The notes under the pieces are model-generated. The model was not told the DNA's origin, ran no database searches, and saw only the letters and a list, made by a program, of their open reading frames with translations. Shown here in pieces: positions 1-13,940 of a stretch of DNA of 64,000 nt (the stretch's first letter is position 1; every line of letters begins with the position of its first letter). The DNA comes from Psammoneis japonica (taxonomy: Eukaryota): NCBI GenBank assembly GCA_008632985.1, contig QPGO01000130.1, forward strand, positions 62,001 through 126,000, read 5' to 3'. Both the position numbers and the translations under genes were made by a program.

Positions 1-3000
1 CGAGTTAGGCTTCTTCGCAACGGAGACACGGTCCGAACTAGACCTTGGGTTAGTTTGAGCCGTGGCGGTGCTCTCAGCCTCGGCGTGTTTCCCCACGACA
101 TAACGAAGCGACGGGAGGATCCCCTTCAGTATGGTACCAGGGGGAGGAAACGCATGGGTGTCTGATCGACTTGCGCTCTTGGAGAACTGCGTCCAACTGC
201 TCTCCGAGACTTCCATGGCGGCGGACCATTGCTGTGCCATCTGTAGAATGGAATGCTCCGGAATTGCGAGAGTTTCCTTCGACAAGTTGTTGCGGTTCAA
301 AGCTGCACATTCCAGCATCGATACGATTTCGCGGTTGATCCCTTCGCTGGACATCCCTCGATACATCCAGTCCCAGGCTACCGAGACGCAAATTTCTTCC
401 TTGTAAGACCCCCCAAGATCATGCAGAATCGCACCACGGAGCATCGCGTGGCAGTCCTTCTCTGGGAGCGGCGACGGCGCCATCTTACGAAAGGCGTGTA
501 GCCTTCCCTTGTTGATATGGACAAGCTGTCCTGGTTTCAGAATAAAGACCGAGGGACAGTACCTTTGCCATACGTGTAGCGGCAATGCGGGCGCTGAAGG
601 TGAGAGAAGCAAGCAGGAGGGCTACAATTGAAAGCAAGTACGTACCCCATTTCTCTGCACCTCTCTATCGAGTCACATTCTGGCCAAATTGGTTTTGCTC
701 CCTGGTCGGAGAAAGTTCATGCGAGTGAGAATCGGCATTAGCAAACATACATTTTCGTGGCAATAATCCAATTCCGAACGTACCACGCCATCCCCGTGGG
801 GGAGACCGTACAAAGCATCATACTGTCCCATGCCGTTCTTTAACGATCCACTGAGAAGGTACAGTGCATACTTTTTGTGACTCTCTGGCAGACGTCGCAA
901 CATCACGACTTCGTTGTACCCTGAAAGACATTGATGTCCCGAATCTACCGTTCCATGTCCGTCCTGGTGAAAATGAGTAAAGGATGCTGGAGGAGTTACA
1001 TAAAGATTTGGACCCATGAATGGACGACCATTGTCATTGACCTATGCAACAGCAAAAAGCAAGTAGCGCACACGTGAGAAGCCATCGGACACTTTCGGGA
1101 TCAACTTTGTACCTGATGAACTTACAGCGTTCATCATGCAGTCCTTTCCTCCAGGAAGAATGCCAGGAAGCTTAAACTTGGACGCAAAGTTTTTGTACGC
1201 AGTTGGCAACAACTTGATAATATCGAAGTCGATCATGTACAAGACGGTGTCAATCACGTCAATAGAATTCTCCCTCCTGTCACCGTCATAAAAAGTAAAG
1301 TCCGTGTCAGCCCAAGTGCTTTCGTCACGTTTGTAAGTCCGTATATCATGCTTGCTTAGAGCATCCTGGCGCGCATCCAAATACCTAACATAATCCTCAA
1401 CTTTCATCGAAACGCACTTGTCCACTTCGTCGTACTCAACGGAACTGCAGTCTTCCTTTCGCTCGAACTTGCGAAACTTGTGGTAAACTTGCCGCCCCGC
1501 AATATTTCCAAGATGTTGGGGGTTCCACAAATCGGGATCGAGATCATCTGCAAGGCCCTCGCTAATGACAGATATGTCGTCGCGCTCCATCATTGACAAG
1601 AGAAACGCCTCATCGACCGTGCTCACAAATACAGCGCCGCTGTCTTTGTTTCGAAAATTGCCATGGAGAACTCGAGAGTCTTCATGCCATGTCCATTCAC
1701 AATGGCCAGTGCTTGGAAACTTCGGGAGGTCTGGAGGTGGAGGCAGCGGTGTCAACGTTAACTGGTCGAATTCGGACTGATCAGGAGGCAATGGTGGATT
1801 ATGCAAACGCCATGCGGTTTCTTCAACGTAGGTTTCGGAGCTTTCCGGAGAGGGAAGGCCAGCGGCGAAGTGACTAATGTCGAGAGTATGTCGCTTCGCT
1901 GGAAGGCACTGGTCTACGGCACTTGGATGTGATCCATCTGGCACAGTTTGAGCATCAACGGACGAAGCTCTGCGGCTCCTCGATGGAGTAGCGCGATTTT
2001 TGCTGACAGATTCTAAAGCACTGACAGATTCTGAAGCAGGTCGCCTAGCTCTCTTCGTCGCAGCAGCAGCACCACCACCAGCAGCAGCTATCGAATTCGA
2101 ATCTCGACGTATGCGCTTCTGAGCTCTCCTCCGCGGCATTTTTAACCCCATGAATTTTTCTGGGTGAGCTTTTACGTATTCTTCAGCGGCTGCTTTTGCA
2201 GCGGTCCTTGCTTCCACTACGAGTTCGTCCATCTCCTCCTCCGATAAACCGTCGGAGTCCTTCATGATTGCCGTTGCCTTTGCAAGCCCAATCTGGGCCA
2301 ACTCCTCAGTTACGTATTCACTACCAAAATAGCGAGTCTTGCCGCCGTAAGTACGCTGTGGCCTGTATCGTTGGGTTGCGGTGATAAAGCAAATATTCTT
2401 GCGCGGTTCTCTTTGGCGGGTACCGTTTCTTCCCGCAACAGAGGTTTTCGCCTTGGGCTTTCCTTGGCAGGCACTCTTGTTTCCGGCATCGGGAGTTCTT
2501 TCCTCGGCTCTCACGGCCGCAGCCCATCGTCGGTCATCCTCTGCTATCAAAGCAGATTGATAAGCGTCAACAGGCGCGGATGTAGCTTTTGATGAACGGC
2601 GAGGACGGCTAGATCTGACCTGCCCATCCACGGTATTATGCGGCTGGGGTGGATCAGGAATTTGACTCGGCATTCTTGCCTCTTCTGGTTCTTTTGGGCT
2701 TCCGGGATTGAAGGGTGAGAGCTTGATTTCCTTCGCATGCTCCAAAACAACGATGGAGGAGCCTTTCCCTTTTCTGGCAAACGCGGTTTTCGTCTTGGGT
2801 TTTTCTTGGCAGGCAATCTTGTTGAGGGCATCGGTAGTTCTTGCCTCGGCTCTTATGGCCACAGCCAATTGTCGCTCTTGCTCTGCTCTCAGAGCAGGTT
2901 GATAAGCGTCAACAGGCGCCGATGTAGCTTTTAATGAACGGCGAGGACGGCTAGATCTGGCCTGCCCATCCACGGTATTGTGCGGCTGGGGTGGATCAGG

Positions 3001-3477
3001 CATCTGGGCCGGCATTTTCGACTCTTGAGGTGCGCTCGGGCTTCGTGGTGGGACTCGGTGTAAGCTCTCGATACCTTTGGCGTGATCCAAACTATCGATG
3101 CGAGAGCCCTTCCCCTCCACCATATTTTGTGGTGGCATCTGGACCGTCATTTTCGCCTCTTGTGGTGCGCTCTGGCTTTGAGGGACACGGGCGGGTGATT
3201 TCTCGATACCTGTGGTGTGCTCCACACGAACGATACGTTCGCAACTCTCCAAAGCAATAATGGCGGAACCTACTCCGGATAACCCAGTTAATGATGAATG
3301 ATCCTCCATGCTGTTAGGACAGAGAAAAGAGGCGGAGCGTGAGTCAGGATTCTTCGTAGAGGAGGATTGCAGTTGTTTCAGGTTTTGCTGTACCGCGACT
3401 GAAGGACTCATTCGACTTTCTGGGACGCAAGTGAAAGGTCGCTTACCGTGCACAACTTCCAATCGATCAATATTCAA
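1..3477 (-). CDS. JmjC-domain protein (putative histone demethylase/2OG oxygenase), multi-exon, 3' end runs off the window
   Basis: ORF 1042..3477 splices via GT-AG introns (~1042-1125, ~702-783, ~563-645) to give MMNAVNDNGRPFMGPNLYVTPPASFTHFHQDGHGTVDSGH (HxD) ... YCPSVFILKPGQLVHINKGRLHAFRK (distal His) ... CVSVAWDW. The start codon is uncertain. Confidence 0.85.
2440..3225 (-). repeat. Intragenic tandem duplication in JmjC exon 1
   Basis: PDPPQPHNTVDGQ(A/V)RSSRPRRS.KATSAPVDAYQ occurs twice about 360 bp apart, and H..GIE...P.S.SAPQE.KM recurs. Confidence 0.8.
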
Positions 3478-4174
3478 TGCGGTATGTGACGACGCTCTAG
3501 TTCAGGCTTTTACAGGGTGGCGTTGGAGTGTTAGGGCACTGAAGGACGGCATGCAGCTGCGTCCATTTGGCATTGAGCTTGTGATACAGTACCGGTACCG
3601 GTAAGGAGTATGGCACTTTGCTGGATGCAGCATGATGCATTGCAAAAAAAATCCGAGAAATCTTTTGTCGCGATCGCTCGTCGCGCGCACATGCCTCGCG
3701 CGGCGGGATACAGGAAGTGGTCAGTCCCGCATACTCGTGACTTGACCCACGGTAAAAAATGCATAAAATTGCGTACCGATGCGACCATGACGAAAACGGT
3801 CAGATAAGCTACCGTTAGAGCCACACGCCAATGTCAACTGATTTTTTAGGAAACCGAACATTCCCGTCGCTTGCTCTAGCTAAGTCTAGACAGACAAAGA
3901 TACGGTGGATTCCAAATAATTTAGAATAAGACATTTCAGTTGCAGAATCATCAAGATTACCCGAATGTTCTTCGTGATGTACGCTTTGTCATCGAACGAC
4001 TAAAGGAGGACTTTGTGTGAGCCGTTGTCTCTCACCTTCTTTGCTCGTACCGGTACCCAAAACTACCAGCACAGAACAAAGCAAGAGCGTACCCCCAACC
4101 AGTACACATATTACTTTTCTTTCGCAGAAACAGCTTTGTGTTTTACTTTTTATGCTGCATGAAAAACTACTACT

Positions 4175-5007
4175 CTAACTCGCACCCATTGCTTGCTCTA
4201 CGCATTGCTTTGCTTTTTCGTCTCCATACTTTTCTGCCACTGCCCTTGTAGCAACAGAACTGATGCATCGATTCATTAGTTTGGTTTGCATGGATGGCGG
4301 TAACAACGAATACCCAAGAGGAAGACACGAGCCTCGTTTGACTTCTAGCATTCCGCCGCTCGCGCCGCCTTTACGTGTGAAGCAGCCATTTCTGGGCAAG
4401 TAGTAGTATCCTTTACTCCATCGTTTCGATTGTTCTCCAACTTGATTCCCGCAAGAGTCAGTTGATGTGCAAGTGCTTCCTCGACTGCTGCATAGGAACG
4501 CGGAGGTACATCCAAGAGTTCTCCAGTAGTAGCAGAGGCTTTGTAATCCTTCTTGACGAGACGATCCGAACAAAGCACAATCTCTTGATGCTCGTTTCCA
4601 CTACTAGACGACGACACGAATGCCTGCACTGTTTTCGGCACCAACTCTGCACATTCCATACACTTGACAGAAAGCATATTGGGTATCACATCAAACGACG
4701 CCTTGGTATCTTCAATCTCTGGTTGTCCGTTCCATTTGAGAGCCTCGTGGCCAATCTCTCGAACGACAACAATGCCCTTTGGGAAAAAGGAGGACGGTGC
4801 GCGGTTGGGATCCCACGCCATGGCCTTGTCTCGTATCCTAGTCAAGGCCTCTACAGCGGGAAAGAGCGTCGTATGGGAACCGTCTCGATTGATTTGCTTG
4901 GGAAAGAGTGCCTGACGAGCCATTTGGGCGACATCGAAATCACGATGCGTCGGCGGCGGTGAAGAAGACATGATGCTTTGCAAAAAAGATTCCAGATGCA
5001 CCGACAA
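4175..5007 (-). CDS. ATP23/peptidase M76-like mitochondrial protein, with a frameshift near 4345 and a degenerate catalytic motif
   Basis: IVLCSDRL, EEALAHQL (HEXXH position), C.EMAASHVKAARAAEC, and in the next frame RCISSVATRAV...AKQCVEQAM, matching the ATP23 C-terminal pattern. Confidence 0.65.
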
Positions 5008-5329
5008 GTTTTGTTCGCCACTAAAACCACCAAAGATGACCCTCAGGGGGGTGGAAAGTGCCGATGGAGATTGCGTCTACCGTTGACGAGTTGGTGAAAG
5101 GCTTCTTGTTGGCTTCTTTTTTTGCGGTTGCTTTGTCGCTCTGTTGGCTGGCGAAGATCACGAAAGATCTTCAATGCGCGCGATTTGCGCGGCGATTTGA
5201 ACAAAATGCATGTACGTACCGGTACGGTTTCCTGAATATCCTATCTGAAGACGAGCCCATTGCGTGCTTGTGCGCGCATGTTGCCCTTGCACGAGGATTT
5301 GGAACGTTTGCTGCTGCCCCGGGTCCGAA

Positions 5330-8030
5330 TTTGATGTGGTGGATTTTGACAATCTTTGGATGGGGTTGTTTTGGAAGTGGGTGTGTTGTGTTGGAGTGTC
5401 TTCTTGGTGTGTCCATTGGGTTGGCTTGCTGTGTGTTCATTCTTCTCTCTTTGTCCAGCAGCTGCGCCAGCAGGGTGCCTGACACACACAGCTCGCACTT
5501 GGAACAACTGCTGCACTGTCATTGTGCTGGGGGTGTGGGTTAGCTTGTTGCTGGAGTTGCAGAGTGAAAGTGCAACAGCACTTTAAATGTGGAATTTGGG
5601 TTTTGTTTCAGCCCCCAGCCATTGTTGTTCTTGTGGACTCCATTGTCAATGTCCACTTTTGGAAGAACTTGAGCATCTGACCCTTCCCACCATTTCTTGC
5701 CACATTTGTTGGCAGCCTTTTGGGGGGAAATTCAATGGTCATGTTGAAGAGCTGCAAGATCAAACAATGGTGCATTGCTGCTCAACTCATTTGCTTTCTT
5801 TTGGGCTTCTTTGTGTTCAGCTGATCCTTGAATTTCTCAAAATCACATTGCTGAACTTCAGGTTGCCATCATTGGCATGCATCCTTGGTGCTCATTTCTC
5901 ATTCTGAAAGAGAAATGGCGCCGCTTTTTAGGTCTTGTTTGGGCAACATTGTGCACTCCATCAAGAGTGGCAAGACAGATGGGAGGGTCTTCAGAGCAAA
6001 GATCAGGGCAACCCTCTCAGTCCACTCATCTGGCCAGACTGTTTGCATTTGTTGTCGCAAGCAAAACAAACAGACGGGTGAGAGAAGATGTGTCTGCAAT
6101 CCACACACAAGGAAACTCAAACTGCTTTCACCTTTTGACTCACATGGCTCCATCCAAACTGGACCATGCTTGCACCTGTTGCACTTGAGCATGGCCCACC
6201 TTGTGTGACATCACATGCCACAAAATGTGAGTCATGCCCAAACTCCATTGCACTTTTGTGTGGTGCATGAGTGCTGACATGCCCAAAAAATCAGTTGAGT
6301 TGCTCATTGCTGGCACCGCTGAAGCATGCAATGACTTGATGCAATGCAAGTTGCTGCGGTGATGTGTGATTGTTTTTAACAGTTTCTTTCCATTTTGGCA
6401 CTGTGCGAGCAACACCAATTGATGATGTGAACCAGATGTGCATGCTCCAGCAAGAAAACATTAAAGTGTTGTGTGCTTGTTTCTGGGGTTGACCTGTTGC
6501 ATTCAAAGAATTTGTTTCTGTCTGTTGCATCACACAAAGTCAATGCACAGGGTGGCTAAACTGGGTCTGCAAGGCACAACAATGATCCAATGGACCAATG
6601 CAGACAGGGCAGATTCAATGGGCTCATTGTGCATGGTTTGATTTTAAGCAAGCCCAACATGGCCTGAGAAGAGTGTGCAGAAACTTTTCATTTGAAAGTT
6701 TCTGAAATTCCCCAGTGAGTCTGCAGAAATTCTGCACCTGTGCACCAAGCAAAACATGGTGGCTCTAATGAGATTGCTTTTGTCATCAAAGGTGGAAATT
6801 TGATGCGCCATGTGTCACAGAACATGACTCAAATGGGACTCAGTTGATTGGGTCCTGACCACAAACAGGCAAAAAGTTTGTGGCCCCCCAGAAACACAAT
6901 CGCGAGAAGCATCGATGAATGGCACATGCCAGACTGCAGAGCTGAATGTTGCACATGGGATTAACAGATGTGACGCAATTGTGCACTCATGCCAAAAAAT
7001 GCACCACAATGAACAAACAACTCAGATCTGCAATCTTGTGTGAAAACAAAAATGACCCTCCTCACCAACATTTTAACGCAGAAAATGACACGGCCACAGC
7101 GACAAAAGATAAAAGCCGCTGGCATTGCTCTCACACTGCTCTGTGCCACAAAACCAAGGCATCAATCGATGTGCATTGTTGCGCAGATGTCACATTTACA
7201 CAATCTGGATCATCCACAATGAACTTGGCACTCAAATTGAAGGTGCGCTGTTGACACCAAAAATGATGCCCTGCAGAAATCCATGCAAATTCTGCACAAA
7301 AATGAAATCCCCAATCATTGGAGCTTGCACAAATGGCAATGGGCAATGCTGCACAAACAACCTCAGCAATCAACCAGCATGTCATGAGTGTGATGGACAA
7401 TGAATGACACGACCCTGTCAATTAAAGTGCCACACCACACAAAGGGCAACGACAGTGAGTGGGTCATTGTCATTGATTTGTGCAACTCCGATGGCTGAAG
7501 ATTGAGATTTTCACACTGTGGGGGCAAAAGCAAAGACACACAGGCAGACAAAAAAAGCATGACTTTTGGTCATGCATGGAGACAAAAAGCCACCGTTCTC
7601 AATGCAGCATGTTGTCAGCCACCACTCGTGCACCAGCACGGAGCAAGGTTGCCATCAAATTACCGCCGTGGGCATTGGCGGTGATTTTCTCACCCCACAG
7701 AAACCACCGCAGGGCAGTGCCAGAAAAAATGTTGAACCATTGAATGGTTGGCTGCACAGACAAGAGCCAAGAGCCCTGCAGAATTGGTGAACCATGCTGT
7801 GGTTTGGGAGGACGTGTGCAGAAATGATGCACGTGCAATTTCAGACAGAGGGTCAAACGCCAAATTGAACCAGAAAAATGAGGCTCACAATGAACAAGAT
7901 GGCAGCTGTGCAGAGACTTTTAAGAACACAGCAAACCACCAAAATAAAGCATGCATGTTGTCAAACAGAGTTCACTGCATCGACTGATGCAAAGTTGTTT
8001 CAGACATCTTGCCACCTTCTACATTTTCAA
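5330..8030. mobile_element. Unclassified degenerate repeat-derived tract (TA- and CG-depleted)
   Basis: TA and CG nearly absent with TG/CA excess; many Cys/His-rich pseudo-ORFs; no recognisable domain. Confidence 0.5.
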
Positions 8031-11000
8031 CCATTGTCTGTTGGGTTGTTTTTGGCACACTGCAAACTGGTTTGGGGCACCATGCAAGCTTTGCAATGAA
8101 AGTTTTCTCCCATCTTGACATCAAAAATCACATGGCACTTCACTTCTTGAAACCCAGGTGCCATGTTGTCTGGCTCTCCCTCACATTTTTCAAATGTGAC
8201 TTGCACGTTCTTCATCCCCATGCAAATGGCAACCCACCAAAGGGTGTTGCCATTTGCGTGATCAAGTTGAATCATCTCCTTGGTGCTCTTTGGGATTTGG
8301 GTGCCAAACTTGTGCATCCCAAGCCAATGCTTTGACTTGACCTTGGCAATGGATTGCTTGTGGTTCTCATGACGTGAGGAACCCACCAGGTGAATGCCAC
8401 CTCTCTGAGATCTTGTGTTGGATGGAGAACTCAGTGACTTGAACAGGAAAACTCTCTTTAGCATCCTTCAAATTGACCCAAGTCAGGCTCCCATCCTTCC
8501 ATTGAAGTGGGAGTTCCCATCCTTTGGCAGTCTTGCGCCTCTTCCAAATGCCTTGCTCAGTGTCAGAGAATGTGGATTCTGGAATGTCCTGTTTGTATGA
8601 TGATCAACTGTCTTGTCAAACAGGACACGCCAATTCCCATCCTTGTTGATCTGTGCAAACACGTTCATGGTGATGGTGTTGGCAGAGAGTGCAGCATGGT
8701 GTCCATCAGGATGTTCCCTCATGCATCCTCATGACAAGATGGGGTTGTTGTTGGCTGTTCCTGTTGGCAAGCCATTGGCATCTCTCAGTCTCTTTGTGAA
8801 CAGTCAAACAACTGGGGCCATTGTCATCCCTTGGAAGTGCTGCTTCCATGTTGAGATGCCTCCGCCCAGTCAGCCACCTCCAGAGAGGCTTCCTTGTCTT
8901 TCTTGTCATTGTTCTTGTTGGCCACCTCATCTGAAAACACAATGCAATCACATTCATCAAGGAACTCATCATTGTGTCCAAGGTGGTCCTTCCAGTCTTC
9001 TGCTGGACTGATTTTGTGGTCCTTGTTGTCAGGGAAGTCCTGTTCCCTCAACCGGTGCTTGATCTTGTCCTCATCAAAACTGTCAAACTTTGCCTTGTTC
9101 TCTTGTGCAGCGGCTTCTAGATTGGTGACTCATTGAATGGAAGTCCTCAAAATGATGCTGCCAGTCTGTGTTAAAACACAACATGACATGAGGCTCCCCA
9201 TTCTGCTGTGAGACACACCAAGCCACCTGCCAAGTTTCTTGTCACCAAGACCCGCATTCTCCCTGCACCAGACCCAGTCATAAAATCCAAAGTCAAGATG
9301 CTCTGAGATGTCCACAGTCTCACTGAGAACATTTTCCAGTGGCACTCCAGCATCCAAATGATGTGCTCTTGGGAATGTGTGAGACACAGTTTTGCATGTC
9401 CATGCAAATTCCACAGTCCCGCAGTTGCCACGGCACTCACTTCTTGACCATGATGCAGAACCACTTGCGCCAAACTTCACACACAACTCCCTCTGCAGGA
9501 TTCTGGTTGTGTCAATCAGGCTCACCAATGTGGTGATCAATGCCCTCCCTGCATGATGTCTCATGAACTCAGGGCCTGGTTTTGTCTGCTCCTTAGATCC
9601 ATCCATCAGGAGCCTCTCCAGCATGCCAAATTCTTGGCAGAGTGTCTTGAGAGCTTCTCCAGCCTTGCTCTTCTTGTCCACAGGATTGACTGTGGCAAAA
9701 TGCTGCTTGTTCACAAAGATCTGGGGTTCTGACAAAGTCACCCTGCCATCTGCCATGTTGAGTGCCCATTCACCCTGCAGTCCAGGTTTCATGAATGTCC
9801 AATCCACTTGATGACGCCTGCCCACAGGCATCAGTGCTGATCTCACAAGTTTCTGAGTGGTCTTCTTGAGTGTGTTTGTTGCTTGCTTGAATCCAATGCA
9901 CCATCCTTTGCTCAAGTCAGCAGCTGTCACATCGCTGTGCCACTCCTTGGACATTGGTGTCTTCTGGAGTGCCAAGTCCTCTTGTCCATCACCAATTGCA
10001 TCAGTTGCAGAGATCTGAACTTGTGATTGTGACTGCACATTGACAGCTGCTGCTGGCCTTGATTGAATTTGGTTGACACCATAAATGAATCATCTGTCCT
10101 GGCATTTCCTGGACTGAGGGTTGCTGCAGGCAGGATGAGTGCTAAACTTGTGTGTCAGATTGGTCTGGACTGTTGCAACTGACTGAATCAACTCCATTTC
10201 CTCCTCCACAGAGCGTTGAGTTCTGACAGGATGGAACTTGATGGTCTGTGAATTCCAGGGTTGCTGGGAGGTGATCTGGATTCTGGGGCACTTGTGCAGC
10301 TCCTGTTCTGCAGAGGAGTGCAAGTTGCCAAAATGACATTGGTCCCCATGACCTCAAGTGGCATCATGAATGAGTTGTCCTCTGTGAGAACATGCAATGG
10401 CAATTTAGAGCAGGGGTCATCCTGAACCTTGATGCCAAAATGCCACAGTTGGTTGGGTCAACCAACGGGTGCTCATGGATTTGACATCCATGAGCCCTCA
10501 TGGAAGACCAAAACAAATGTCAATCCCAATGTCAGTGACATCCACACCATGGCCACTGAGACTGTTGGGACACTCTTGATGGAATTGCATCCCTCATTAA
10601 AAGGTGACACATTGCACCCTCATTCAGAATGACCCAAAAGGGTAAAGATTTGACCAAAGACAGTGGTGTCCACATGCAAGTCCAGTTCAATTCATCCATG
10701 CTGCACCTGATTCATGTCATGGACATGGGTGATTTGTGTGTTGGACTGTGTCACTGAGATGCATCAAGTCAAGGCAACCGCCTCACAAACTTGTCAACAA
10801 CAACAATGTGGGTTCTCTTCAACAGATCAATGTGGCTGTCCCCCACCCCAATGCAGAATCCACAATGCAAAGTTGGTGCTGCTGCTGAGCAGAGTCCAGC
10901 TTGGCTGTCATTTCTGACACCCTTTGCACCCATTGCTGCATCCTCCAAATGCATCCCCCCGGCATTGTTTCCATCTTGTCTGTCACCCATTGAATCACCA

Positions 11001-12872
11001 TCACCTGAGTCAGTGGTGGCATTGGTGTTCAAGGAGGAGATTTTACGGTTTGCTTCCTTGAGCTGTGACAACAGCTTTTGATTCTTCTTCTTAAGCAACT
11101 TCATGGATGCAGCATGGCGTTTGGGGTTTTTAGGTTGCTTGGCAATTCCCAGAGGCATGCGCCTGTCGATGACCTTCTGTTTATCCTCTTTGCTCAACTG
11201 GCACCAATTCTTGTGGCATCTGGCGTTGATGGATCCGTTGGCATTGTAGATGGTGCCACCCTCTCTTCCTCCTCCTGAAGCAACTGTGGCAATCACACGA
11301 CAGTGTGCAATCGTCTCTGGAAGGGTGGCAACTTTTGCAGCAAGATGGTCAGCCGCTGTGGTGAATGCAATGCATCCTCCAAACTTGTTTTGCACCTTCA
11401 AATTTCAACCACTGCTTGCAGCTGTTGGTGCTGCACTTCTCAAAAAGCATGCACAGTTTCTGGGCCTCCGTCTTTGGCTCATTGTTCTCATCTAAGATGT
11501 GGAACATTTCTTGGAGCTTGTTCATGAACAATTCGAATGGCACAGAATGCTCACTCTTGCAGTGGAGAGCTTTCTCTCCAAGCTCTCAGCTTCAGAAATG
11601 TGATGGGAGGAATTTCCCTTTCCCTGGCAGTGGTCACACAGTGCTTGGCAATCCACAGTTCTGCTTGCTCTTGTGGTCTTTCAACCGCTGTTCACTTGGG
11701 GTCCCAGCAGCAAGGGACTTGATCAGTGAGTGGACCGTGTGAGCATCCGCTTCAAAATGTGGACCTTGGAGTTGTGACCATCAGGCTCAGGCACATTGTT
11801 CTGACAAATGCAACACACCAGTGGTGCACCAGATGCTCCCAGCACAATGCCAAGCATGTTCATCAAGCTGGTGCACCATTTCACCCAACCCTTCTTGCTC
11901 TCCAACATCATGGGTGATGCCTCTTTACTTGGAGAGTCTGCTGTGGCCTTGGTCTGAGAGCAAATCTCAGCACAACTGAGTGCCATCTGGAGCACAGTGC
12001 AGAAAGTCACCTGGTCAAGCCCATCAAGAACAGGGTTTTCACTCACACAACCAAAGCCTTGCACCCAATGGATGAGAGCCTTGAGATGATGACTGTGGGC
12101 CAATCCAAAATGAACGCACCCTTCAGTGACCGTCCTCCTCACACATGATGATGCAAGAGAGTCAATGTCTTCCTCTTGAGGTCTTCTAAGTCATCAAATG
12201 ATGCAAAGTCCACCATGAGCAAAGCTTGATGGGCTGGATCAACAAATCTGATCCAATCAAGAGCTGTCTCAATTAGATCCAGAGGGGCAGCCGCTTGGTG
12301 ACACCTGTGCCAGTGGGCAAACAGAGTTGTGTGAGAAAGCATGTGGTAAAATGACACTTCTTTTTTGTGCCAATGACAACACATGGCCATTAGAAGCATG
12401 GAGACTGGTCAAGTCTCCTCACTGCTTGTGCATGCACTGATGCCAGGTGATGAACAATCATCACACACCCTTCAATTGACCAGCATTCGTTGTCACCACC
12501 CTGCCATTGTGGCGGTGCGATCATCTCCATTTTGGTTGTTTGTCATTTTTCGTTAAACTGAATGTGAGTGATGACTTGGCTCTGACAAAGCGAGTAAATC
12601 CAACTGCCCTGATGGGCTCAGCTGCTCACAGTCTCAGCACAACAATGTGAGTGCAGCCAACAAGATGCATCCAGGCCCATCACAACTGCAAACAGTCCCA
12701 ACAAGTGAGACCATTTCATGGTCATCATTGGTTTTCCTCTTTGACCATGTCACAGTCCCACCACTTCAACTTGTGAAGCACATGAGTCAATCTGTGACAC
12801 AGTGGATTTATGCTCAAAAGGGAGCACCATCAGGTGTGTTGTGCATGCATGATGTTCAAAATTGCTCATGAC
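8030..12872 (-). mobile_element. Old, degenerate, 3'-truncated Ty1/Copia (CoDi-like) retrotransposon
   Basis: gag HLKALIHWVQ (11723-12142) and FTTAADHLAAKV; protease IELDLHVDTTVFG (~10650-10700); integrase LLMDGSKEQ and DISEHLDFGFYDWVW...LGRWLGVSH (9130-10038); RT start MKNVQVTF...PGFQEVKCHVIFDVKMGENF, broken off at ~8050. gctcatgac at 12864 may be a mutated half-tRNA-iMet PBS. Confidence 0.85.
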
Positions 12873-13650
12873 ATCCTTGGGGAAGGGTGCATGCCACACT
12901 GTTGAGTGGCACAGTTTGAGGTGGCTGGTGGTGTGGCTTTGTCCAATGGCTGCAGAACATTGTCAATTGTGTGGAGCAGCACCCAATGAATGTTTTGGTG
13001 TGCAGCTTTGGATCCTTGTGCTGCTCCGGATGATGGGTGGCAGGACAGCCAGCAGTGCACCCTGTTGGGCTGGTGGTTGGCACACTCCAGCTCTGGGTGG
13101 GACCTTGCACTGCTCCTGAACTGTGAACTGCTGTGAATCAACAGTTTTTTGGATTGCACCACATGTTGTGCATGCATGTTCCTACGTGACATGTTGGTGG
13201 AATTTTGCATCATTTTTCGGTGCAGTCATCAGGCAATCCATTTAACAACTTTTGACATTTTTTCTTCTGCGCCATTCTGAATTGTCTTGTTAAGAATGGC
13301 ACAGGGCAGGCAGGCAGATTGTAAATGCACCACAAGCTTGGTCATTTGTTTCATGTTGTCAAAGACAAAAACATGTGCATTGACCGAGCACAAACTGCAG
13401 AGCTCACACACAGAATTCCATGGGCAAATGTCACACAGAATTCCACCCAGGGCTGGAACACGTTGGTTGTGATGCTGGCTGATGCGCCACAGGTGCCACC
13501 CGCCCACCGGGAGCATTGGGTGTTTTTTGTCCCTGTTGCAGTTGTTCAGCTGGTGGGCAACAGGGTGAATGGGTGTGGGCGGTGCCCGCTGTGGGACATT
13601 GGCTTGTGCTGGCAGCGCTCCGCCGCGGGGCACTCCGTTTGGTGCCTGCA
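12873..13650. mobile_element. Unclassified TA/CG-depleted tract flanking the old Copia
   Basis: Same dinucleotide signature; may be the other half of the 5330-8030 element. Confidence 0.4.
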
Positions 13651-13940
13651 TGTTCAACGTAATCGTTGAAAAAAAAAACACAAGAAAGAGTCTGCCAGGG
13701 TGCATGCTTGTCAGGAAATCGGCAAGATAAACTGGATTCATGGGGACGATGATTTGCGGTTTGCGGAAGTAACAGCGGATCCGCCCATCATACTACTAGT
13801 CCAAAGGGCTCGCCTTCGTCTGTTGAGGGTCCTATCAACCTCCCGACGTTGTCACTTCTTGTTTTCATCTTTGTTGGGTCAGGGTCTACGAATATAATGA
13901 CGCATGCTACTTGTACACTTTGCACGACAATAGAAATAGA

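Noticed and set aside
5330..13650. Dozens of short Cys/His-rich ORFs in all six frames here and at 21800-23200, 42550-43500, 47150-52080 and 62170-63300
   Set aside because: They arise because TA loss removes TAA/TAG stops and creates TGY/CAY codons; they are not real genes or zinc-finger/metallothionein proteins.
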